Positions 1 to 6,975 of a DNA stretch of 14,978 nucleotides are shown here, one piece after another. The first letter of the stretch is position 1. The number at the start of each line of letters is the position of its first letter. A program made the translations under genes and the position numbers. The stretch spans positions 1 to 14,978 of the forward strand of contig CAZQEL010000021.1 of NCBI GenBank assembly GCA_964591795.1, written 5' to 3'. The notes below the pieces were generated by a model, which was not told where the DNA came from, searched no databases, and saw only the letters and a list, made by a program, of their open reading frames with translations. The stretch comes from an uncultured archaeon. Lineage in GTDB: Archaea; Iainarchaeota; Iainarchaeia; Iainarchaeales; CSSED10-239.

Positions 1-2
1 TT

Positions 3-614
3 AAAAAGAAAATTAAAATTAGTGGAATTAGAGACCATAAACATGCAGCATGTTTTCTTGTATGGAAATTCTTTAATAAGGGAGCACCTGAATTTGTAAA
101 ATATATACAAGATATGGATTTATGGACTTTTAAACTTGAAAATTCAACTTATTTTATAGCAGGACTTATTAATCTTAAAGAAAAATATAATAAAAAAAAT
201 ATAAAATATATTTTAGATCTTCTTGATTTCGATAATTTTAATTTAAATAAACCAAAAATTATTGATAAAGGTAAAATTATACATGAACATGAAAAAAAAC
301 ATATATTAAGTTTAATATCTTTTGGAAAAATAATTAAATTTTATGGGAAAAAAGCATTTATAATTAATACAAATTTTTTCTCTAGTTCTTTTGCAGAAGT
401 TCTATTTAACTTAAAGAATAAAAAATATAAAGATGTTGAAATATTTATTATTTGGAATAAAATATATGATACTAACAAATACAAATTTAGTTTAAGAAAA
501 AGGAAAAATTCAAATACAGATTTATCATTAATTGCAAAAGAATATGGTGGTGGTGGACATCCTGCTGCAGCTGCTTTTCATCTTGATGATATTTCAAAAT
601 TTAAATATGATTAA
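3..614 (+). CDS. DHH/DHHA1-family phosphoesterase (NrnA/RecJ-like), C-terminal part; 5' end lies outside the window
   Basis: The frame of the 114..614 ORF stays open back to base 3 (KKKIKISGIRDHKHAACFLVWKFFNKGAPEFVKYIQDMDLW...), so the ATG at 114 is internal. C-terminal EYGGGGHPAAAAF is the GGGH signature of the DHHA1 domain. TAA stop at 612-614. Confidence 0.75.
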   Translation, partial: KKKIKISGIRDHKHAACFLVWKFFNKGAPEFVKYIQDMDLWTFKLENSTYFIAGLINLKEKYNKKNIKYILDLLDFDNFNLNKPKIIDKGKIIHEHEKKHILSLISFGKIIKFYGKKAFIINTNFFSSSFAEVLFNLKNKKYKDVEIFIIWNKIYDTNKYKFSLRKRKNSNTDLSLIAKEYGGGGHPAAAAFHLDDISKFKYD

Positions 615-616
615 CT

Positions 617-1489
617 ATGACAGATTACTTATTAAACCTTGCAAGATTCGTTTCATACAATGAAAAGAAAGAAATTTATAAAGAACTTAAAACCAAAGGA
701 TACACTGTATCAAATGATGCTTGGTCTTACAGAAGATTAATATTAAATAAACCTATTAAAGGAAAACCTTACATAGCAAGTTTAATTGAACTAAAAGAAT
801 CATTTGCACAAGATAATCTAACTCAAACAATAGATAGACTATCAAAATATAAAATAAAAAAAATAAAAGCAAAAATTGACCGTAATGTTCCTTTCCATGA
901 AAAAGCTATTACAGATAGATATTCTAAAAAATATAAGTTTGTAGAAAATGGAGATACAATTTATTTAGAAGCAAAAACTGAAAATGATAAAGTACTTGTA
1001 AGAATAGGTGTTTATATTGATGAAAAAGAAAATAAAGTTATTGAAAAAGCAGTTGAATATCCTGACCTTGCTATAGAAAGTCCATTTACTTTAGGTGAAA
1101 TAGGTGATTTTTTAAGATTTACAAAAACTTTTAAAATGAAAATTTACATATTAACTTTAAATGATAGAGATTGTCTTGAAAGTGTATCTAATTTTTTAAA
1201 AGAGAATAGTTTTAGTAAAGGAAATGTAACTGTTGTAAAGGATATTGATGCAATTAAAGCAAACTATAATGTTATTGGTTTTAGTATGTGGGGTAAAAAT
1301 CCTATTAGTTCATTAGTTGAAAATAATAATAAAAAGACACTTCTTATTTTTGGTAATGAAAGACGTGGACTTTTAAAAAGTACAATGGAAATATGTTCTA
1401 AAGTAATAAAGGTTGGTTCATCCTCAGAACCATTAAGAGCAACCCAAGCAGCTTCTTTTGCCTTAGGTTATATTTTTTCTAAAAAATAA
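617..1489 (+). CDS. SPOUT (SpoU/TrmH-like) RNA methyltransferase with an unassigned ~170-aa N-terminal region
   Basis: The C-terminal third reads LLIFGNERRGLLKSTMEICSKVIKVGSSSEPLRATQAASFALGYIF. This resembles SpoU/TrmH motifs 2 and 3 (GNExxG ... S/L-N/R-x-xxAAxIxLY). The ATG lies 2 nt after the stop of the DHH gene, implying an operon. Confidence 0.65.
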   Translation: MTDYLLNLARFVSYNEKKEIYKELKTKGYTVSNDAWSYRRLILNKPIKGKPYIASLIELKESFAQDNLTQTIDRLSKYKIKKIKAKIDRNVPFHEKAITDRYSKKYKFVENGDTIYLEAKTENDKVLVRIGVYIDEKENKVIEKAVEYPDLAIESPFTLGEIGDFLRFTKTFKMKIYILTLNDRDCLESVSNFLKENSFSKGNVTVVKDIDAIKANYNVIGFSMWGKNPISSLVENNNKKTLLIFGNERRGLLKSTMEICSKVIKVGSSSEPLRATQAASFALGYIFSKK

Positions 1490-1708
1490 ATTAGTAAATG
1501 AAAGTTAGTAGATAATAAAAAAAAATTGTTGATTTAAATGAAGTAAAAGAATCATTCATAAAAAAATGATAATAAACAAATTTAACCTAATTGATTTTAA
1601 TAATTTTAAAAAAAATAAAAATAAAATTATTAAAAAATAAAAAACAGTTATAGAACATCAAAGATATTATGTTAAAAAAATGAGTAATTTAGGTAAATTA
1701 GTGGATAA

Positions 1709-2350
1709 ATGAATAAAAAAAATATAACTAATTTTATTAAAAAAAATAAAGCCTACAAAAAAGAACTTGTTTTTATTACTATAGATAATAAAAAAATAAT
1801 AGATATTAGTGAAAAAAGAAAAAAAAAGAAAGTTACACCAGATATATTAAAAACAGCAATAATAAGATTACAAAATAAAAATGCAAATTTAAAATTAATA
1901 CATACCCACACAAAAGTATTAACAACATGGATAGGTGCTAAATTTGGAATTATAAAAACAGGTGAAGCAATATCTATTCAAGATGTACTTTTTATGATAG
2001 GTAGTAAACAAGAACAAGGATTGTCTAAATTTTCAATAATTATAAAACCAAACAAAAAAGGGGATTTTAAAGGAAGAATTAAAATTAGTCTTAAAAACAT
2101 AAAAATTAAAAAATATATAAAAGGTTTAATTGATAGTAATTTACATGAAAAGATAATCACATCATTTAATCATTATTATAAAGAAAAAATGATAAGTAAA
2201 AATTATACAAAAGAAAAAGCCATTGGATCATTATCATATAGAATACTTCATGACTTCTGTATAGAAATTTTACACTTTGATATACAATATATTGGAGAAA
2301 ATGGTAATCAATATGATCTTAATAGAATGATGTTTAGTAAAGGAAAATAA
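1709..2350 (+). CDS. hypothetical Lys-rich protein; possible very divergent JAB/MPN (RadC-like) core
   Basis: 213-codon ORF in DNA where stop codons are very frequent by chance. GTGGAT SD-like element just upstream of the ATG. ELVFITIDNKKIID ... LKLIHTHT ... ISIQDVLFM loosely fits E...HxH...SxxD, but the spacer is about 21 aa instead of 7. Confidence 0.5.
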   Translation: MNKKNITNFIKKNKAYKKELVFITIDNKKIIDISEKRKKKKVTPDILKTAIIRLQNKNANLKLIHTHTKVLTTWIGAKFGIIKTGEAISIQDVLFMIGSKQEQGLSKFSIIIKPNKKGDFKGRIKISLKNIKIKKYIKGLIDSNLHEKIITSFNHYYKEKMISKNYTKEKAIGSLSYRILHDFCIEILHFDIQYIGENGNQYDLNRMMFSKGK

Positions 2351-2426
2351 TTATAAGTGAATATTTAATTAATTTTATAAGATTCAAAAGTAATTGAATA
2401 TCCTTATCTTTTTATAAAAAGTTCAT

Positions 2427-2657
2427 TTATTTTAAAGCTGCTTCAATTGCGGGTTTATTAAAACCAATTATTATTTGACCATTTACATCAAGAACAGGAA
2501 CTCCTTGTTGACCTGATTTTTTAATCATTTCCATTGCTCTTGTCATATCAGCACTAACATCAACATCTTCAAAATCAATTTTTTTTGATTTAAAATATTC
2601 TTTTGCCATTACACAATAAGGGCATGCTTTTGTAGAGTATACAATTATATTATTCAT
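2427..2657 (-). CDS. glutaredoxin-like protein (small NrdH/Grx type, CPYC active site)
   Basis: 76 aa. IIVYSTKACPYCVMAKEYF, GVPVL..NGQIIIGF, i.e. a thioredoxin fold with CPYC. AAGGTGATGAAAA-ATG Shine-Dalgarno. The ATG overlaps the upstream TGA (ATGA). Confidence 0.9.
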   Translation of the reverse strand: MNNIIVYSTKACPYCVMAKEYFKSKKIDFEDVDVSADMTRAMEMIKKSGQQGVPVLDVNGQIIIGFNKPAIEAALK

Positions 2658-2938
2658 TTTTCATCACCTTTTATTTTTTTAATATCATTTATAATTTTTA
2701 AAACTAATGTTTTGTTTTTTAACTTAATACATTTTGTTTTATTTATTTTTGTAATTTCAATAATATTTTCTTTTTTTAAAATACTAAGTTGTCTTGATAT
2801 GGTAGATAAATCTTTTTTTGTAAAAGAAGCTAAATTTGTACAACAATTGTTTTTTGTATTTAATAATTTTAGAACAATTGAATATCTTGTTTTTTCACCA
2901 AGTGCTTTAAAAACTTTATATTCATTCATATATACCAT
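2654..2938 (-). CDS. ArsR/SmtB-family winged-helix transcriptional regulator
   Basis: FKALGEKTRYSIVLKLL ... CCTNLASFTKKDLSTISRQLSILKKENII matches the ArsR HTH layout. A vicinal Cys pair sits where ArsR carries ELCVCDL. 4-nt overlap with the glutaredoxin gene. A second in-frame ATG at 2929 is an alternative start. Confidence 0.85.
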   Translation of the reverse strand: MVYMNEYKVFKALGEKTRYSIVLKLLNTKNNCCTNLASFTKKDLSTISRQLSILKKENIIEITKINKTKCIKLKNKTLVLKIINDIKKIKGDEK

Positions 2939-2955
2939 TTATTAGTTTTAGTTAG

Positions 2956-2971
2956 TTGTATATATATACAA
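2956..2971. promoter_or_regulatory. perfect 16-bp palindrome TTGTATATATATACAA; candidate TATA box and ArsR operator
   Basis: Read directly: TTGTATAT/ATATACAA is self-complementary. Its centre lies about 25 nt upstream of the arsR-like ATG (2938) and no SD intervenes. This geometry fits an archaeal TATA box driving a leaderless mRNA. Confidence 0.35.
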
Positions 2972-3037
2972 GTAAAGAAATGTTTATAAACAAATCGTTA
3001 AAGTTTAAATTAATAAAAAATAGCAATTTATAATTTT

Positions 3038-3199
3038 CTATATATGGCAACCAATACCATAACCACTACCATAAGAAGCATCTAAAATAATATCATTATT
3101 AGTTATAAAATTTAATGCAAATTTATATCTTATTAAGTGACTAGATTCTGCTTCTTCTATGGTTTTTGGTGCTTGTCTTTTTTTATTTGAGTTAATCAT
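3038..3199 (-). pseudogene. 53-codon N-terminal stub of a class I SAM-dependent methyltransferase
   Basis: My own translation (below the ORF-track cutoff): MINSNKKRQAPKTIEEAESSHLIRYKFALNFITNNDIILDASYGSGYGIGCHI*. H-x-x-RY-x-FA ... (I/V)LD-x-x-CG-x-GYG is the usual N-terminus plus motif I of Methyltransf_11/12-like enzymes. Here CG reads YG and the frame stops right after motif I. No continuation was found in other frames. Confidence 0.45.
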
Positions 3200-3219
3200 G
3201 ATTATCTATGTAATTTATT

Positions 3220-4996
3220 TTATTCAACAGTTACTGATTTTGCAAGGTTTCTTGGTTTATCAATATTACATCCTTTTAGATCTGAAATATAATATGCTAA
3301 AAGTTGCATAATTATAACGTTTATAAAAGGAGTAAAATCATTATCTATGTCTTTAACATAAATCACATAATCAGATATATTTTTTATATATTCATCATTT
3401 TTAGTTGCAATTGAAATAATTACTCCACCTCTTGCTTTTACTTCATTAATATTTGAAATAACTTTTTCATAGTTATTATTTTTATTCACAATAAAAACAG
3501 AAGGCATATTTTTATCAATTAAAGCAATTGGACCATGTTTCATTTCAGCTGCTGGATATCCTTCAGCATGAATATAAGATATTTCTTTTAATTTTAAAGC
3601 ACCTTTTAGAGCTATAGGATAATTAATACCACGGCCTAGATATAAAAAGTTTTTAGAATCTTTAAAATTAATTGCTATTTTTTGAATATCATTAACAGAC
3701 TCATTAATTGTTTCAACAATTATTGTAGATAAATTTAATAAATTATTAATTATTTTATTAATATCTGTAGGTGAAATTAAATTATTTTTTTGTCCAATAA
3801 ATAATGTTAACATCCACATGGATACTAATTGATTAGTAAAAGCTTTGGTTGAAGCAACTCCAATTTCAGGCCCTGCTCTTGTATATATTCCAGCTTTTGA
3901 TTCTCTAGCTATGGTTGAACCTACTACATTAACAATACCAATTATTTTTCCTTCTTTTTGCTTTGCTTCTCTTAAAGCTGCAAGAGTATCTACAGTTTCT
4001 CCTGATTGAGAAATAACAATTACAAGGGTATTTTCTGAAATTATTGGATCTCTATATCTAAATTCTGAAGCATAGTCAACCTCTGTAGGAATTTTTAGAT
4101 ATTTTTCAAAAATAAACTTTGAAACAAGAGCACAATGCCAAGAGGTTCCACAGGCAACAATAACAATTCGATTTAATTTAGCTAGATATTCTTTAGTTAA
4201 AAAATTAAGTCCACCAAGGACTTTTTTTTTTTATAGATCTATTCTTCCAGCTAATGCATTTTTAACAGAATCTCCTTGCTCATAAATTTCTTTTAACATG
4301 AAATGTTTAAAACCTTGTTTTTCAATTTGTTCTAAAGAAATTGATAATTCTTTAATTTTTTTATCAATTATTTCATTATTAAAGTTTGTAATTGAATAAC
4401 CTTTGTCAGTAACAGTGATTATTTCATCATCTTCAATATAAACAACATTTTTTCCAACACCCAAAACAACTGGAGAACCTTTTCTTGCTACAATAATTTC
4501 TCTTTTATCTTTTGCCATAACTAAAAGTCCAAAGGAACCAACAACTTGACTAATTGCTTTTAAGGTTGCTTGTTTAAGATCATTAGTATAAAATTTAGAA
4601 ATTAATGCTACAAATACTTCTGAATCTGTTTGAGATTTAAACGAATATCCTTCTTTAATTAAATATTTTTTTTAAGATTCATAATTTTCAATAATACCAT
4701 TATGAACAATTGTAATTTTGTTAAAAGAATCAGTATGTGGATGTGAATTAACATCTGATGGTTCTCCGTGTGTAGTCCATCTAGTATGTGCAATTCCAAT
4801 TATTGAGTTAATTGAAAAGTCTAATTTTTTTTTTAAGATTAAGAACCTTTCCTTTGGTTTTAATGGTTAAAATTTTATTATTATATAAAATTGAAACACC
4901 GCAGGAATCATAATCTCTATATTCTAATCTAATGAGTCCATTAATTAAAATTGGTAATACTTTTTGTTGTCCTATATATCTTATAATTCCACACAT
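3220..4996 (-). pseudogene. glmS: glutamine--fructose-6-phosphate aminotransferase (GlmS), disrupted by 1 frameshift and 2 in-frame TAA
   Basis: N-terminus MCGII.YIG...RLEYR.YDS. Middle [21 protein letters not shown]...VHNGIIENY...SQTDSEV. SIS domains VACGTSWH...SQSGETVDT...GVASTKAF...GRG..YPIALKGALKLKEISYIHAEGYPAAEMKHGP. Canonical C-terminus KPRNLAKSVTVE*. Track ORFs 4808..4996, 4231..4518 and 3220..3819 are pieces of this one gene. Lesions: extra A in the A10 run (plus 4825-4834), TAA at 4672-4674, TAA at 4231-4233. Positions 4230..3220 form one uninterrupted 337-codon frame. Confidence 0.9.
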
Positions 4997-5017
4997 AAAT
5001 ATACCTCTTAAATAAGG

Positions 5018-5027
5018 TTTTATAAAG
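5018..5027 (-). promoter_or_regulatory. TATA-like box CTTTATAAAA upstream of glmS
   Basis: Minus-strand CTTTATAAAA ends 21 nt upstream of the glmS ATG. It shares the 9-mer CTTTATAAA with the box upstream of RNase P RNA. AAGAGGT lies 6 nt upstream of the ATG. Confidence 0.3.
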
Positions 5028-5183
5028 ATATTTAAGTGACAAAAGGTTTTAAAACAAAATATTTTAATATAATTTAAAACTAACTTTATCTAAATAAATT
5101 TTAATAATTTTATTAAATTTACTAATAATAAGCAAAGTTTATTTTTTAGAATTATTTTTTACATAAAAAATTAAAATATTTAA

Positions 5184-5795
5184 TTATGCTTTTTCATTTA
5201 TAAAAAATTTAAAGAATATTGCAATAAAATTATGAATACTATGTGCTATTGTTGCAAATATAAGATTTGGATAGAAAACATAAATCATAGCTAATAAAAA
5301 TCCTTCTAGAAAAATTAAAACTAAATCCATTCTTTTTACACTATAGATTATATGAATAAACATAAAAAGTATAGCATTAATAAAAACAACAATTAAAGAA
5401 GAACTAAATATTTCAAATAATTTAGGAATTAAATATCCTCTAAAAATAAATTCTTGTAAGAAACATAGTGGAATAAATATTAAAATATGATATTTTTTAT
5501 CATGCCAATAATGAATATAATGCTCTCTTTTTAGAACATATTTTGAAAGATAAATAATAGCTAAGGAAACAAGAATTGTAAATAGGATATATGGAAATAT
5601 ATGTCCATCAATATTATCAAATCTAATACCAAGATCTGAAAATGTTATTCCTTCTAAAATAACAAAAGCAATAACTATAAGAAAAATAGAAAATAGAACA
5701 TGAAGTCTATATTTAAAAGGTATTATTTTAACATATAAAAGAAAAACAGGTAATACAAAAATTAAAATTACCTGTAAAATTGATATTAACATCAT
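5184..5795 (-). CDS. CPBP-family (CAAX/Abi-type) intramembrane glutamic endopeptidase
   Basis: Polytopic hydrophobic protein carrying the three CPBP motifs in order: LQEFIFRGY (EExxxR, first E is Q here), FMFIH (FxxxH), HSIHN (HxxxN). Confidence 0.8.
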   Translation of the reverse strand: MMLISILQVILIFVLPVFLLYVKIIPFKYRLHVLFSIFLIVIAFVILEGITFSDLGIRFDNIDGHIFPYILFTILVSLAIIYLSKYVLKREHYIHYWHDKKYHILIFIPLCFLQEFIFRGYLIPKLFEIFSSSLIVVFINAILFMFIHIIYSVKRMDLVLIFLEGFLLAMIYVFYPNLIFATIAHSIHNFIAIFFKFFINEKA

Positions 5796-5824
5796 ACTTT
5801 ATCTTTTATATATTAATTATTTAA

Positions 5825-6877
5825 CTAACCACAAGTTGCATCTGTTGCAGAACCTGTAGTACTTTTATTAAACCCAAATCCTGGTGTAGGTGAGTCGCTA
5901 CTTAATGTTTCATTACATGCTCTTGGTTTTGTTGTAAAAGCATCACAAATACTATTAAGTAAACTTTGAGGATCTCTTGCAGAATTAACAGTAGTTCCGT
6001 TAATTACAAATGTAGGCGAACCTTGTATACCGTATTTTTGATTATCAGCATCGTCTATTAAGAACTTAGGATAAGTTCCATTAAGCCATGATGCCTTATC
6101 AGTATATGAACCCATAATATTGTATGTTTCATCAGTTTGAGCAATACAAGTGCTTAAAGAATCTCTTGTAATTCCAGTTGATTTAAGACATCTATCTGTA
6201 TTTCCATCTTCTAAGAAACAATATAAATATTCATTATATTTGTCAGTAAATTCAGATTTAATACATGATTGTAATAATTCTTCTTTAACTTCAACTTCAC
6301 CGTGCATAATGTAGTTTACAAATTTAATTTCAAAATCTATTGAATCACCTAAAAGATCAACAACAGGTAAAATTCCTTTTTCAGCTTGTGTACCATATGG
6401 ACAATAGGACATTATAAATAATTCAACTATTGGTTTATCTGATGGTTCTAATTTTTGAACTTCTGGTGCTTTATTATCAGTTGCATTTACATCATTTATA
6501 TTAATTGGATCTAAACCAGGTACAAACACTATTTCTCCATCTAAAGAGGTATAAATATTTAAATTTTGATCTTGTATTGTAAATGTATGTAAATACATAT
6601 TATTTTCATAAATTGACTTTTTTAAATTAAGTTCAGGAAGATTAAATGCTGTAATTAAAAAATCTTTTGTAATATTACCAACTTGTAATGCATTTTGTGC
6701 ATCTAATTCATCTGTTTGCTCGTTATTTGAGAAAAGAAAAATTGTTGATATTATAAGTAATATTAATAATACTAAGGAAACTATTTTCCAAGAATGATCT
6801 ATAAAACAAAATTTATTTTTTGCTTTATGTATTTTATGTTCATGATTTTTCGAAGATTTTTTCATATTTTCATTCAT
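5825..6877 (-). CDS. membrane-anchored extracytoplasmic thioredoxin-fold protein (DsbA/GILT-like), monothiol CPYG site
   Basis: N-terminal basic segment plus one TM helix (IVSLVLLILLIISTIFLF). Trx-fold core FIMSYCPYGTQAEK ... GIQGSPTFVINGT (cis-Pro loop). Several further Cys. TTGGTGATAAAA-ATG Shine-Dalgarno. TAG stop. Confidence 0.7.
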   Translation of the reverse strand: MNENMKKSSKNHEHKIHKAKNKFCFIDHSWKIVSLVLLILLIISTIFLFSNNEQTDELDAQNALQVGNITKDFLITAFNLPELNLKKSIYENNMYLHTFTIQDQNLNIYTSLDGEIVFVPGLDPININDVNATDNKAPEVQKLEPSDKPIVELFIMSYCPYGTQAEKGILPVVDLLGDSIDFEIKFVNYIMHGEVEVKEELLQSCIKSEFTDKYNEYLYCFLEDGNTDRCLKSTGITRDSLSTCIAQTDETYNIMGSYTDKASWLNGTYPKFLIDDADNQKYGIQGSPTFVINGTTVNSARDPQSLLNSICDAFTTKPRACNETLSSDSPTPGFGFNKSTTGSATDATCG

Positions 6878-6938
6878 TTTTTATCACCAAATATTTTTTA
6901 AAAAAATTAAAAAAATAGTTTTTTTTTAATTACATATT

Positions 6939-6956
6939 TATATATATATATATATA
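6939..6956. repeat. (TA)9 dinucleotide microsatellite in the intergenic/promoter region
   Basis: Read directly: tatatatatatatatata between the stop of the repeat-protein gene (6976) and the start of the Trx-fold gene (6877). Confidence 0.8.
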
Positions 6957-6975
6957 GAAATATTTAAAAAGAAAA

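Noticed and set aside
1680-1712. 10-codon upstream ORF (MSNLGKLVDK*) overlapping the start of 1709..2350 by ATGA
   Set aside because: Too short and expected by chance. No independent signal.
1978-2160. 60-aa minus-strand ORF
   Set aside because: Lies wholly inside, and antisense to, the 1709..2350 ORF. Low-complexity hydrophobic translation typical of a shadow ORF in A+T-rich DNA.
2408-2421. Palindrome CTTTTTATAAAAAG between convergent genes as a bidirectional terminator hairpin
   Set aside because: An all-A/T stem of negligible stability. Such palindromes are frequent in this composition.
2712-2945. 77-aa plus-strand ORF
   Set aside because: Antisense shadow of the ArsR-family gene, which has clear family motifs.
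4231-4674. In-frame TAA codons in glmS as evidence for stop-codon reassignment (TAA read as sense)
   Set aside because: TAA terminates many clearly complete ORFs in this window (614, 1489, 2350, 2427, 3220, 5184, 6976, 9633, 10619). TAG and TGA are also used as stops, so the standard code fits.
3220-4996. Treating track ORFs 3220..3819, 4231..4518 and 4808..4996 as three separate small genes
   Set aside because: They are collinear pieces of one GlmS sequence. The gaps between them also translate into conserved GlmS segments.
6939-6956. (TA)9 as a phase-variation switch for the Trx-fold gene
   Set aside because: Plausible only in principle. There is no evidence of length variation, and TA runs are also simply TATA-rich promoter DNA. 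Kept as a repeat feature only.
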